From IMG/VR virus record IMGVR_UViG_3300042940_001591: a stretch of DNA of 64,000 nt; one strand, written 5' to 3'. Below the pieces are notes generated by a model. It had not been told where the DNA came from and did not search any database. It saw only the letters and a program-made list of their open reading frames with translations. Source of the DNA: a virus. Taxonomy: Duplodnaviria > Caudoviricetes. The position numbers and the translations under genes are program-made. Shown piece after piece: positions 20,747 through 31,211 of this stretch (its first letter is position 1; each line of letters opens with the position of its first letter).

Positions 20747-21444
20747 TGCCGAGAAAACGTACCCAAAAAATTTATTTTGGGGAGGATCAAGAGAAGGCGG
20801 TAGTCAGTTACCTTGAAAGTAGTGACGATGCAGAAAAAAACAAGATATTCAACGAATATTTACGAGAACCCCTAATTATAATGGTCGAATCAATTATTCG
20901 ACGTTATAAACTTTACAGAAAAGATTTAGAATTTGAGGAAATTCATAACGATACAATGTCGTTTTTAATTACTAAAATTCACAAATTTGATCACACAAAA
21001 AATCATAAAGCATACTCCTATTTTGGGACAATCTGTAAAAACTACCTAATGGGGGCAATACAGAAAGACACAAAAGAACAGAATAGACAAGTTTCTTATG
21101 ATGATATATCATCTGACATTGAGGATAGAACGGATTTATCCTATGTTATTGATGAGTATATCGTAGACTATCGGGATGTTATTATTAAACTAACAATATC
21201 CTTAGAGGAGTTTATGGAAAAAGAAGACCTAACAGATAACGAACAGAAATTAGGTTATGCGTTACTTGAAATTTTTAATAATTTTGATAGAATATTCCAA
21301 GTTGGTGACGGTAATAAATTTAACAAAAACCTAATTTTATTATCATTACGAGAAATGACATCCCTTTCCACCAAAGAAATTAGAATATCTCTAAAAAAAT
21401 TCAAAAAGATGTACGACGGGATTTTGGGTGGATTTTTAGAATAA
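20746..21444 (+). CDS. Phage RNA polymerase sigma factor (gp55-like, probably late)
   Basis: Sigma region-2 pattern: MVESIIRRY...IHNDTMSFLITKIHKFDHTKNHKAYSYFGTICKNYL. Confidence 0.8.
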   Translation: MPRKRTQKIYFGEDQEKAVVSYLESSDDAEKNKIFNEYLREPLIIMVESIIRRYKLYRKDLEFEEIHNDTMSFLITKIHKFDHTKNHKAYSYFGTICKNYLMGAIQKDTKEQNRQVSYDDISSDIEDRTDLSYVIDEYIVDYRDVIIKLTISLEEFMEKEDLTDNEQKLGYALLEIFNNFDRIFQVGDGNKFNKNLILLSLREMTSLSTKEIRISLKKFKKMYDGILGGFLE

Positions 21445-21458
21445 ATCTATTTATAGGT

Positions 21459-21839
21459 ATGAGAACACAAAGAAATTTAATATCATTAGATGTTGATTCT
21501 GCATTGGCTTTAATGCAGGAGATATATAATGATGTAGTTGAGAACCGAAACACCGCCTCAATTATTATGAAAAAAATGCTTTCTTTTATGAAAGATGCTG
21601 AAGATATGAGTGTTATTGGTCCCGTAATCAAAGAACAACAAAAGGTTTTAAATGACCTTACCGAAAAGAAAATATCCCTTGTAAAATTACAAAGTGCACT
21701 CCTTAAACAGACCCAAGGAACGGGTAGTGGTAAAGGTGGACCTATGGGTAAATTAACATTATCTGAGGAGGATAGAGATTTATTGGATAAGTTGGTTAAT
21801 GACGGTGACAATAAAAACGAAACTAACTATAGATTATAA
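21459..21839 (+). CDS. Hypothetical coiled-coil protein
   Basis: ATG ORF with TATTTAT upstream. Confidence 0.7.
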   Translation: MRTQRNLISLDVDSALALMQEIYNDVVENRNTASIIMKKMLSFMKDAEDMSVIGPVIKEQQKVLNDLTEKKISLVKLQSALLKQTQGTGSGKGGPMGKLTLSEEDRDLLDKLVNDGDNKNETNYRL

Positions 21840-23746
21840 TGGCATCTAAAATAAAAGAACAGAAGTCCAAAATAAAGGCCAAAATTGATGCGGTTAAGAG
21901 AATTGCCGACGACGGTGAGAAAAGTTTCAATGAGAAAAGTGATAAATTCTTAAAGGACTTACCAACAACTGATGCCCTTTTTGGTAAAAAACTTTCAGAT
22001 TTTGCTGAAAAAAGAAAAAAGAAAAAAGAGAACAACAAGGATATTTTTGGTGAATTAATCGATACCGTTGAGGGGTTTTTAGGAACAAACAATAAGATAG
22101 AGATTAACGAAAAAAGTACAAACAAACAAAGACTTAGACAACACACAAACGATTCTATAAATGAAACTTTAAAAAGTTCAAAACAGATTGTTATGGATAG
22201 TGTTAAAAAGGTTTTATTTGCCGGAGACGGTATTTGTGGTACAAATAAATCTTTAATTAGTAGTGTGACCATATCACCTTCTGAATTTGATTTTATGAAT
22301 GTATTAACAGTTTCACCCGTTAGTAATAGTGGTAAAATTGTTTACGAAGATAATAAAGATAGAGGGTTAGTTAAAATGAACCAATTACTTTATAGTGGTT
22401 TTACTTCACCACAAACATTTTATACAAAGGACCCCGACCCAATATTTGACATTAATTGGAATGCATCAACTCAAAAATATACATTTGATAATTTTAGTGT
22501 AACCAAAGTTGATGAATTTTTAACAACATACTACACTAATATAGAGTTTTTAGACATCAGTGGTGTTACAAAAACAGCAATGTTAATGACATTACAAGGA
22601 GATGGTACCGAACCTCCTTTATTTGATAAAGGTTTTAATGAATTAAATAGATTATTGGCAAAATTATGTGCATTATGTAACAACCCAACATCTACAGGTA
22701 CAAATCAAAATCCAACCACTGAATTTAATGAAAATGATGAAGACATTGAATTTTATTTTGATTTTGATAATGTTGAGGGTATTGATTTGGATGATGAAAG
22801 TGCGAGATATAAAAAAGTATTGAGATTTAAAGATTGTAACAATTTTGAATCTGTGGCTGACACCTCTCACTTTGAAGATTTTGTTTACTTATCAAATAAG
22901 AAAAATTTAAACGATGCTGTTAATAATGCATTGTTAAATGCCGCGGCTGCAGCACATGAGACATCAGACTCGTCTATACCGCCAGATAATTTTCATTTAT
23001 CATTATTAAACACTTTTATTTTAAATTTACCAAAGGCATTAATAGGTTCCGTATTGGCACCGAAATATATGCTACCAATTGTTATTATATACAAATCAGT
23101 TGTTGCTGGTGTTGGGGGATTGGTTGAATCCGCAAAAGAAATAATGAAAAAATTGAGTAAATTATTTAATGAAATTATTAGAAATCTACTTTGGAAATTT
23201 TTATCTGAGTTTTGGAAACGAGTTAAAATAGATTTATTAAATTTCTTACAAAGATTAGCATTAAAAATATTAAAAAATAAAGCAAAACGTTATTATCTTA
23301 TTATAACATCGTTAATTGCACTATTAACAAAATTATTAGAATTGGGGTTAGATAATTGTGATTCATTATTTAAAATTATATCTCAATCAATAGATTTAGC
23401 CTTAAAGGGTGGTATTTCTAGTATTACTGGAGGTCTTACTGGAGGTGCTCAAGTGCCAGGATTTTTGTTAGGGTTGTCTCATTATTTACCTGGTTTTAGT
23501 ACGGATAGAGCGTTATTAAATATTACTGAAAAATTAGAATCTTCTGGAATTAGTACAGGTCCAATTTTTGGAGAATCAAATAATTTAACTGCATTAGTTA
23601 AATCTGTAATTGATGGTCAAACCGAAGAACACGACGCAAACAGTTTTATACAAGTATCAACACAAGAGGTTATTATACCAACACCGTTTGGATTACCAAT
23701 TATAATTCCACCGGGTATTATAACAAGTTCAGGAAAAATGTTTTAA
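21839..23746 (+). CDS. Large hypothetical protein, probably tail/baseplate
   Basis: 635 aa; TAATG coupling; amphipathic/hydrophobic helices in the C-terminal half; upstream of the spike-like gene. Confidence 0.7.
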   Translation: MASKIKEQKSKIKAKIDAVKRIADDGEKSFNEKSDKFLKDLPTTDALFGKKLSDFAEKRKKKKENNKDIFGELIDTVEGFLGTNNKIEINEKSTNKQRLRQHTNDSINETLKSSKQIVMDSVKKVLFAGDGICGTNKSLISSVTISPSEFDFMNVLTVSPVSNSGKIVYEDNKDRGLVKMNQLLYSGFTSPQTFYTKDPDPIFDINWNASTQKYTFDNFSVTKVDEFLTTYYTNIEFLDISGVTKTAMLMTLQGDGTEPPLFDKGFNELNRLLAKLCALCNNPTSTGTNQNPTTEFNENDEDIEFYFDFDNVEGIDLDDESARYKKVLRFKDCNNFESVADTSHFEDFVYLSNKKNLNDAVNNALLNAAAAAHETSDSSIPPDNFHLSLLNTFILNLPKALIGSVLAPKYMLPIVIIYKSVVAGVGGLVESAKEIMKKLSKLFNEIIRNLLWKFLSEFWKRVKIDLLNFLQRLALKILKNKAKRYYLIITSLIALLTKLLELGLDNCDSLFKIISQSIDLALKGGISSITGGLTGGAQVPGFLLGLSHYLPGFSTDRALLNITEKLESSGISTGPIFGESNNLTALVKSVIDGQTEEHDANSFIQVSTQEVIIPTPFGLPIIIPPGIITSSGKMF

Positions 23747-23747
23747 C

Positions 23748-23948
23748 ATGGAAAAAGAAAATTTAATTGAAATAGCAAAAGACCCTAAAAATAAATCAAA
23801 TAAAGATTTATTTGTTGTGGTTAATGAATTATATGGTGAACACGAAAAAACAAAAAATTTAATTATAGATTTAACAAGACATTTAGAATCTATTGAAATT
23901 TTATATAATAATGTAAATAATGAAATAGAGAAAAGAATTAAGAAATGA
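23748..23948 (+). CDS. Hypothetical protein
   Basis: ATG ORF, ATGA overlap with the next gene. Confidence 0.65.
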   Translation: MEKENLIEIAKDPKNKSNKDLFVVVNELYGEHEKTKNLIIDLTRHLESIEILYNNVNNEIEKRIKK

Positions 23949-25456
23949 AAATAATAGATATTGGTATTTGTGTTGATAATTTTGATCCGGCTGGTTTAGG
24001 TGCAATTAGATGCGTTAGATATAGTTCTTGGGTTAGTCAACAAGAAAAGGCTTTAGAATACACAAAATGGGATGATAATGATTTATTTTTAGCATATCCA
24101 TTCCTACCAACAAATATTAATTTTATTCCAGAAAAAGGTCAAGCGGTTAAAATTATAAATTACAATCCTGATAAAGATACTGTAAATACAGAATATATTG
24201 CCGGTCCTTTTACAACAATGTTTGACTATAATTCACAAACACATTCCGCACAGGTTGAAAATACAACATATGGAGTTTCAGCAAAACACGGACCTGCGGT
24301 TATGGATTCCACTAAAGCAGATGGATATAAAAATCCTAAATCAGTTGCTGCGTTCGCAAAAACAACAGACTTTGGTGTTTATGGAAAATACGGTTCTGAT
24401 GTTATTTTTACAGAAAATGGTGTACAACTTAGAGGTGGTAAATTAATCGCCAAAGACTATGCATCGACGGGTCAAAAAACAATAATGGTAAATCAACCAT
24501 TAATGTCCAATAAAGTATCAACACTATACCTTAAAAAATTTGGTAAAAGAAAAGAATTTAAGGAAGAAAAAATAACCACGAACACCGTTGCAATATCTGA
24601 CTTATCACATCTTATAGAATATTCAATAGATAAATTTAGCGGTACAACAAGAACCGTTAGTTTATATGTTTATAAATTAACAAAGCCGTTCGGTGGTTTA
24701 TATAGAACGGATAACCCAAAACTATCCGATGTTGATTTAATTCAAGACCATTATAAGTTATTAAATTTAGATGGGACAACAACGGGAGCAACTCTTACCT
24801 TTACAACCGAAGATACCGAAGAAACTTATTGTACAATAAGAGATGTCTTAAAAACATTACACTTAAAGAGTCTTAATGAATTTAATACATCATACTCAGA
24901 AGGAGATTTACATCCTTTTTATTTTAGACCAACAAGTGAATGTAAAAATAGAGTTTTATCCGACACAACCCAAAAAACTGAAAGAAAAACTATATTCAAT
25001 AAAATAACCATTAATAAAGGATGTGGTCCAATTAATGGTTTGGTATTTTCAAGAACAAAGGTTTCACCGCCGGTAACTCCAGTTACAAAAAAAGAAAACG
25101 TTCTTAAAGATTCAAACATTCCGGGGGAACAGACTTTTGCGTCTTTGAAATCGGATAACATATATCTTATATCTACAGATACTAACGATTCAGGTAAAAC
25201 AATTGATTTTACCAATTTAGACAAATATGAATTAACCCAAGAAAATTATTTAAAGGATATTGGACCAAACACATACTCAACTGTTAGAGGTGAAAATTTA
25301 TTAGAATTGTTAAGAGCAATTATAGATTTATTAAACGGACATAAACATAATTTAATGGGTCCTTTAGTGAAAGGAGACCCAAATTACGAAAGATTAATGG
25401 GGTTATATTCCTCTTTTGAAAATGACATTTTAAATAAATCGATTAGAATCAACTAA
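23945..25456 (+). CDS. Baseplate central spike/hub protein (gp5/gpV-like)
   Basis: N-terminal OB-fold pattern GICVDNFDPAGLGAIR...PFLP...IPEKGQAV; C-terminal VRGENLLELLRAIIDLLNGHKH (HxH tip motif). Confidence 0.65.
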   Translation: MKIIDIGICVDNFDPAGLGAIRCVRYSSWVSQQEKALEYTKWDDNDLFLAYPFLPTNINFIPEKGQAVKIINYNPDKDTVNTEYIAGPFTTMFDYNSQTHSAQVENTTYGVSAKHGPAVMDSTKADGYKNPKSVAAFAKTTDFGVYGKYGSDVIFTENGVQLRGGKLIAKDYASTGQKTIMVNQPLMSNKVSTLYLKKFGKRKEFKEEKITTNTVAISDLSHLIEYSIDKFSGTTRTVSLYVYKLTKPFGGLYRTDNPKLSDVDLIQDHYKLLNLDGTTTGATLTFTTEDTEETYCTIRDVLKTLHLKSLNEFNTSYSEGDLHPFYFRPTSECKNRVLSDTTQKTERKTIFNKITINKGCGPINGLVFSRTKVSPPVTPVTKKENVLKDSNIPGEQTFASLKSDNIYLISTDTNDSGKTIDFTNLDKYELTQENYLKDIGPNTYSTVRGENLLELLRAIIDLLNGHKHNLMGPLVKGDPNYERLMGLYSSFENDILNKSIRIN

Positions 25457-25480
25457 TTTGATATTTATAAATAAAAAGAG

Positions 25481-26851
25481 ATGTCATATTTTCGTTCATA
25501 TTTTGAGAAAAACAACACAATCATAAAGGATTCTGCTGTTAATACCTCTAAAAATCCAACAACTGAGATATTTTATGGTTCTGGATTTTCTAAATTTATA
25601 TTTAAATTAGATTTAGACAGTTTACAGAATAAAGTAAACTCGGGTGAATTGGTTGTAACCAACACCACTAACCACACATTACATCTAACAAACACGATTT
25701 TTGGTGACGAGGGACTAAAAGGTAAAAACAGAAGTACCTCAAGAGATAGAGCAACTTCTTTTGATTTAATAATCTTTAAAATAACAGAATTTTGGGACGA
25801 GGGTGTTGGTTTTGATTACCAAGACTCTGGTTATGATTTTACAACTGGTAACCACACATTTGATGAGAGACCATCTAACTGGTTTAATAGAACCACTTTA
25901 AATGAATGGACAAGTCAAGGTGTATATGCAACAGACCCAATTATAGTAACTTCAATGCATTTTGACAATGGTAATGAGGATATTAATGTCGATATAACAG
26001 GATATGTTAATGGTATATTATCGGGAGATACAAATCACGGATTGGGAATTGCGTTTTCGGTGTTATATCAAGATTTAAGTCCCGAGGTTGATAACTCTGT
26101 AGCGTTTTTTACGAAATACACCCAAACGTTCTTTGAACCTTATATGGAATCAACATTTGATGATAGAATAGAAGATGATAGACAAAATTTTATCGGTGGG
26201 GTTGACCAAAATTTATATTTGTATGTTACAAAAGGTTCTAATTTTTATGATTTAGATGAACTTCCAATGGTGGATATATTGGATAGTACAAATACCGTTA
26301 TTAGTGGATTGTCCAATTTTACAGCAACAAAAGTCAAAAAGGGAGTTTACAAAGTTACATTTGGAATTGATGGTGTTTTGTGTGACGGTAAAAAATTCTT
26401 TTTTGATAAGTGGAAAAATTTAACCTTAGATGGTGTTGACATTTCAGATGTCACTCAAAAATTCGTACCTAAACCATACACCTCATTATATACTATTGGT
26501 GCAAATCAAACAGAATTACAAAGATATGCAATACAATATTTTGGTATAAAACAATCCGATAAGATAAAAAGAGGAGAAAAAAGAAAAGTTGTAATAAGTT
26601 TTAAATCAATTGACAATCCTAAAACGGTGTTATTTGACGAGGTTTATTATAGAATGTTTATAAAGGAGGGGGTTACCGATGTTATTATTCATGATTGGAC
26701 TTTGACAGATACCACAAATGAAAATTCTTTTACATTAGACACGTCTATTTATATTCCGAGGGAATATTTTATAGAAATAAAAGGAAAAACTCATACAGAA
26801 GAAATCTTCTATAAAGAACATATAAAATTTGAAATTTTATCTGAAAAATAA
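25481..26851 (+). CDS. Hypothetical virion protein, beta-rich (DNRLRE/CBM-like N-terminal domain possible)
   Basis: NTSKNPTTEIFYG..SKFIFKLDL, WDEGVG, NHGLGIAF; TATTTAT at 25462. Confidence 0.6.
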   Translation: MSYFRSYFEKNNTIIKDSAVNTSKNPTTEIFYGSGFSKFIFKLDLDSLQNKVNSGELVVTNTTNHTLHLTNTIFGDEGLKGKNRSTSRDRATSFDLIIFKITEFWDEGVGFDYQDSGYDFTTGNHTFDERPSNWFNRTTLNEWTSQGVYATDPIIVTSMHFDNGNEDINVDITGYVNGILSGDTNHGLGIAFSVLYQDLSPEVDNSVAFFTKYTQTFFEPYMESTFDDRIEDDRQNFIGGVDQNLYLYVTKGSNFYDLDELPMVDILDSTNTVISGLSNFTATKVKKGVYKVTFGIDGVLCDGKKFFFDKWKNLTLDGVDISDVTQKFVPKPYTSLYTIGANQTELQRYAIQYFGIKQSDKIKRGEKRKVVISFKSIDNPKTVLFDEVYYRMFIKEGVTDVIIHDWTLTDTTNENSFTLDTSIYIPREYFIEIKGKTHTEEIFYKEHIKFEILSEK

Positions 26852-26865
26852 AAATATTTATTATT

Positions 26866-27324
26866 ATGAACATAAGTGAATTAATTAAAAAACATTTAAG
26901 TAAGGTGGTTAAAGAACAACAAGAATCTCACATATCTGAGGACGGAACGTACATGGTTTTAAGTAACCTTGTTAAAATAAAGAATGATATTGAAACAATA
27001 CTGTCATTTAAACACCAAACCGATTTCCCTAAATTAGTCACAGGAGAACATGCTTGGGCTGGTGACCATATAACAACATCTGCGGATGATATTGAGGAGG
27101 TTGCTAACTTCATTGATGGTTATTTTGAACAAAAAAATCTGTCAGAATCAGAGAAAAAAAGAAACAAACTTTGTTCAAGAGGAATGTCCGCAGCCAAATC
27201 TAAATTTAAAGTTTATCCATCGGCATATGCAAATGGGTACGCAGTACAAGTCTGTAAGGGTAAAATTAAAGGATTAGATGGTAAAAAACAATGCTCCGGT
27301 TCATACTGTAGTGGTAAAAAGTAA
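26866..27324 (+). CDS. Hypothetical protein with basic Cys-containing C-terminal module
   Basis: LCSRGMSAAKSKFKVYPSAYANGYAVQVCKG. Confidence 0.7.
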   Translation: MNISELIKKHLSKVVKEQQESHISEDGTYMVLSNLVKIKNDIETILSFKHQTDFPKLVTGEHAWAGDHITTSADDIEEVANFIDGYFEQKNLSESEKKRNKLCSRGMSAAKSKFKVYPSAYANGYAVQVCKGKIKGLDGKKQCSGSYCSGKK

Positions 27325-27327
27325 ATT

Positions 27328-28209
27328 ATGAAAATACACATAAACGAAGAAGATTTACGATATATTAAATTATCTATTAAAAATGGTGAAGTCTTAGAAG
27401 AAGACTTAGGTAGATGGTTTAAAGAAAAATGGGTTGATGTAAGTCGTAAAATTGACGGTAAACATCCTCCATGTGGTCGTAGTGACGCCGATGGTGAAAA
27501 GGGAAGAAAGGGTTACCCAAAATGTAGACCCTCTAAAAAAGTATCAAAAGACACCCCTAAAGTAGCTTCTTCTTATGATAAAAAAGAAAAGAAAGCAATG
27601 ACATCTCAAAAAAGAAACGCAGAAAAGAAAGACCCAAAAATTGGGAAAGGTAATAAACCAACAATGACAAAATTCGATGAACAACAAAATGTTGACGAAA
27701 GAAGTAGAAGTTTTGCGTTTACAAGAAAAAAAAGATTGTTTAGTCAATCAGAAAAAATGTCTAATCCCCTTAGATATAAAGAATCTGATAGATTATCTGA
27801 AAGTGTAGAAAAAAGAACAATTATTCAAATATCTGAGGATCAATTTGAAAGACTTTTTGAATATAACGAAGAAACTCCTGTTTTAATTTATGAAGATGAG
27901 TCGGGTTCTGTTCAAAATACAAATTTTGAATCAACCAATATGTTAAATGAGGCCGAGTATCAAGGACGTAAGGTTCAACTTGGCAAAATCATGCAAGGTG
28001 ATATTAAAAAGTTTAAAGTGTATGTCAAGAATGACAAGGGTAAGGTCGTTAAAGTAAATTTCGGTTTCGGAGGTAAATCTGCGAAAGGAAAAAGAATGGT
28101 TATTAAGAAAAATAATCCTCAGAGACGTAAATCTTTTAGAGCTAGACATAATTGTGAAAATCCTGGACCTCGTTGGAAACCAAGATATTGGGCTTGTAAA
28201 ACTTGGTAA
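27328..28209 (+). CDS. Two-module basic Cys/His protein, putative head-internal protein
   Basis: LGRWFKEKWVD..CGR..YPKCRP and YQGRKV..KKFKVYV..VNFG..RRKSFRARHNC..YWACKTW. Confidence 0.7.
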   Translation: MKIHINEEDLRYIKLSIKNGEVLEEDLGRWFKEKWVDVSRKIDGKHPPCGRSDADGEKGRKGYPKCRPSKKVSKDTPKVASSYDKKEKKAMTSQKRNAEKKDPKIGKGNKPTMTKFDEQQNVDERSRSFAFTRKKRLFSQSEKMSNPLRYKESDRLSESVEKRTIIQISEDQFERLFEYNEETPVLIYEDESGSVQNTNFESTNMLNEAEYQGRKVQLGKIMQGDIKKFKVYVKNDKGKVVKVNFGFGGKSAKGKRMVIKKNNPQRRKSFRARHNCENPGPRWKPRYWACKTW

Positions 28210-28674
28210 TTAATAATAAATTATATTAACCCCACACTCATTTAAAAGTTGTTTGGCCTTACTTTGGGATTCATCCCACTTTTCTTTATTTTTAGTAGTG
28301 CAGACTTCCTTACAATATACCGTCTTTATACCAGAATTAACAATTCCTCTAGCACAATCCATACAAGGTAATCCCGATGTTAAATAGATTGTTGAGTTTT
28401 TAAGGGACACACCCTCTAACGCAGCATTATAAATCGCATTACGTTCCGCATGTTCCATCCAGAAGTATTTCTCGGGTCTTTCCTGACGTTCAGGTTTAGA
28501 ATCGTCTAAACCCCTTGGAAAGGAATTATAACCCGTAGAAAGGACGTTTCTACCCTCCCCAACGACAACAGCACCTATCTGTGTAGATTGGTCCTTAGAT
28601 TTAAGTTTTACAACCTCTGCAATTTCTAAAAAATATTCCGTCCAATTCATTATATTAATTTTTGTGGTGACCAA
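28210..28674 (-). CDS. dCMP deaminase
   Basis: QIGAVVV, TGYN, HAERNAI, PCMDCARGI. Confidence 0.92.
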   Translation of the reverse strand: MVTTKINIMNWTEYFLEIAEVVKLKSKDQSTQIGAVVVGEGRNVLSTGYNSFPRGLDDSKPERQERPEKYFWMEHAERNAIYNAALEGVSLKNSTIYLTSGLPCMDCARGIVNSGIKTVYCKEVCTTKNKEKWDESQSKAKQLLNECGVNIIYY

Positions 28675-28946
28675 AACATAATACGATTATCCTCGTACCT
28701 ATTTAAATGTTTCCCTTCTTTTTTCTCGATTAATTTACTCATTTGTAGTAAATGGTCTCTATTTTTAATATCAATACCCACAGCATATCCATTACCATCC
28801 TTCATATAAGTGGTTTCTCTGATATATTTATCCTCATCGTCCAATTTAAGGTATTTTATAATCTCATCCTTCTTGCTTTTACAAGAAATACCCCTTTCAT
28901 CAATGAGTTTAATAAGAACATCTAATCTAAGATTCTCGTATTCCAT
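28650..28946 (-). CDS. Hypothetical protein
   Basis: ATG ORF directly after a host-type promoter. Confidence 0.65.
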   Translation of the reverse strand: MEYENLRLDVLIKLIDERGISCKSKKDEIIKYLKLDDEDKYIRETTYMKDGNGYAVGIDIKNRDHLLQMSKLIEKKEGKHLNRYEDNRIMFWSPQKLI

Positions 28947-28950
28947 AATG

Positions 28951-28982
28951 CAAATATAAATAATATTCTGGAATATGCCAAA
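28951..28982 (-). promoter_or_regulatory. Bacteroidota sigma-A-type promoter (TTTG-N20-TAtaTTTG)
   Basis: Minus strand: TTTG at 28979-28982, TATATTTG at 28951-28958. Confidence 0.7.
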
Positions 28983-29010
28983 AATAAAAAACCCCCATAA
29001 TTGGGGGTTT
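28981..29010 (-). terminator. Intrinsic terminator
   Basis: aaaccccc-ataatt-gggggttt followed by a U-tract on the minus strand. Confidence 0.75.
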
Positions 29011-29013
29011 AAA

Positions 29014-29334
29014 TTATCTTACTACTGTAAATTTACCTAATTGTGAATTACCACTTAGTACACCGGGAGCGTCTGAATATAATTCAAGACCCGATTGTCC
29101 ATTTTTTAACGATGCCCCACCGTATGTTCCTGGACCTGTTATAGTACCAACCATAAAATTTGGTTCTGCCGCTGTAATTTTTATTGTATACATTTGGCCA
29201 TCAACATCTCTCTTAGTATTAACTACTTGACCCACACTAAAATTTTTAGGTTGGTGTTGTTCATTTAATAATGTTTTGTTTAATCTTTGGTTAGCCTCAA
29301 TTATGTTTTGTAATTTTGCAAGTTTTTTGTTCAT
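29014..29334 (-). CDS. Hypothetical protein (SH3-like beta fold possible), putative head protein
   Basis: IIEAN..LLNEQ N-terminus; TATTTAT upstream; directly after the capsid terminator. Confidence 0.65.
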   Translation of the reverse strand: MNKKLAKLQNIIEANQRLNKTLLNEQHQPKNFSVGQVVNTKRDVDGQMYTIKITAAEPNFMVGTITGPGTYGGASLKNGQSGLELYSDAPGVLSGNSQLGKFTVVR

Positions 29335-29373
29335 TTTTTAATTGTTTATAGATATAAATATTTCAGTTTAAAT

Positions 29374-29404
29374 AAAAAACCCCCGATTTCTCGAGGGTCT
29401 TTTA
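29374..29404 (-). terminator. Intrinsic terminator after the major capsid gene
   Basis: GC stem (ccccga-tttc-tcgagggt) with an A-run on +, i.e. a U-tract on -. Confidence 0.7.
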
Positions 29405-29422
29405 ATATGATAAATCCTAAGA

Positions 29423-31177
29423 TTATCTTAATGTATCCATATTGAATGTTACAATACCTTGTACATCGATTACACCAAAGTAACGGTTGTTCACCATTTT
29501 CTTTGCGTAACGTGTCATGATACCTTTGATAGGAGTCATGTTGAATGGATTGTACATTGTTGGAGTTAATTGTAATGGCACGTATGGTGCGTATACATAT
29601 CCTGCGTCCAATAATGATTTTCCTTTATGTCCAATCAAGATTTTTCCAGCTGGGAAGTAAGGGTCACGATATACTTGATATCTTCCAGCAAGAGAACCGA
29701 TTTTCTCGATACCCATGTTGTATGAATCTTGCTCAGGAGCTGCATTAGATACGTGGAAATACTCTAAATCATCGAATACTGCAGAAACTTCTGAAGAAAC
29801 AACAATCCAGTTAGCACCACCTCTTAATGTAGTCTTGTGGATTTGAGCAGAAATTTGGTTAACTTTAGTTACTAAAGTTTGGTTCCAATCTTTCTGTGTG
29901 TAACCTTGTAGAGTTGCTCCACCAGTTCCACCGTATTTCCATTCGTTATAATCCCACTTAGCTTTCCATGCTGCACCTTTACGTAAGTCACGTAAGATTT
30001 CACGGTCAACTTCAGCAGCGATTTGCTCTGATAATAAAGCTGTCAATTCTGCCTCAGCATCGATGTTGTGGAATGCACTAACGTCTTGAGCCAATTCAGG
30101 AGACCAGCTAGCTCTTAATTTTCTTTCAGTTACAGAAACTGTTACTGATTCTAAATCAAAAGAAACTTCACCGATTGCATCTTCAAATTCTAAAGTTGCA
30201 TAACGACGGTATTCCGCTGTAAAGTCAGTACCATCTAAAGATGTTGTACCTGTTACAGAAAAATTAGAATAACCTGCAGTAGATGAATAAGATTGTAAAT
30301 CAACGTTTAAGTAGATTGCACCATCTTCATCACAAATGTCATTAAATTTAAGACCATTTGCACCTGCGGTTCTTGAACCGTATTCTACAATACCTTTACC
30401 ATATTTCTGAGTTACTACGTTAAATGGTAATGATGTTCTACCACTTAAACCAGCAATACGAGGACATGTTAAAGATAATGAAGCTAAAAATTCTTCAGTA
30501 TCCATTTCGTTACCGTCTGGACCTGCTAATTTACCTTGACCTGGTTTAGAGAAACCAGTTAATTTCAAGATTACTGAACCTAATGAAGTTACAGTTGAAC
30601 CTGAAGTGTAAGTTACTCCGTTACCTGCTTCACCTGCAGCAAATTCGTGAAGTGATGTACCTGTTAAAGAAACTGTTGAAAACTCTCCTTTAGAGTAATC
30701 AAACAAACCTTGATCGTTTGCATCACTGTTCTCGTAGAAACGATCGTACAAGTTAATACCTGTATAACCAGTAGAAGCACTTGATCCACCAGCACCACCT
30801 GGGATACCGTAAGGAGAATAGTGACCGTTACTTGCGTTTCTTTCTTGAATTTTAGGTACGAAGAAGAACAATTTACCAATTGGTAAGTTCATTGCTTGTA
30901 CTGAAACGATGTCGTTTGCTAATAATTTAGAGAATACACGACGGATAATTGGGAAAACTACAGTCTCGAAAGAACCAGATGCATCAGCTGTTGCTGCTTC
31001 ATTGATTAAGTAAGACGCTTGGTTTTCATACAATTGCGCGATGTTATCTTTTTGGTGACCGTTAAGACCTTCTAAAAAGCCTAAGTCATCCCATTTTTTG
31101 ATGGTATCTTCTTTGATAACACGAAGGTGCTTAAGACCGATGTTACCTACCATACCTGATTCTAATAATGCTCCCAT
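29423..31177 (-). CDS. Major capsid protein (T4 gp23-like)
   Basis: FPIIRRVF, VSVQAMNLPIGKLF, VTVSVTERKLRASWSPELAQD, EAELTALLSEQIAAEVDRE, YAPYVPL, GIMTRYA. Confidence 0.96.
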   Translation of the reverse strand: MGALLESGMVGNIGLKHLRVIKEDTIKKWDDLGFLEGLNGHQKDNIAQLYENQASYLINEAATADASGSFETVVFPIIRRVFSKLLANDIVSVQAMNLPIGKLFFFVPKIQERNASNGHYSPYGIPGGAGGSSASTGYTGINLYDRFYENSDANDQGLFDYSKGEFSTVSLTGTSLHEFAAGEAGNGVTYTSGSTVTSLGSVILKLTGFSKPGQGKLAGPDGNEMDTEEFLASLSLTCPRIAGLSGRTSLPFNVVTQKYGKGIVEYGSRTAGANGLKFNDICDEDGAIYLNVDLQSYSSTAGYSNFSVTGTTSLDGTDFTAEYRRYATLEFEDAIGEVSFDLESVTVSVTERKLRASWSPELAQDVSAFHNIDAEAELTALLSEQIAAEVDREILRDLRKGAAWKAKWDYNEWKYGGTGGATLQGYTQKDWNQTLVTKVNQISAQIHKTTLRGGANWIVVSSEVSAVFDDLEYFHVSNAAPEQDSYNMGIEKIGSLAGRYQVYRDPYFPAGKILIGHKGKSLLDAGYVYAPYVPLQLTPTMYNPFNMTPIKGIMTRYAKKMVNNRYFGVIDVQGIVTFNMDTLR

Positions 31178-31211
31178 TTTTTGAATATTTGTTTTTTGGT
31201 TTTTTTATTTA

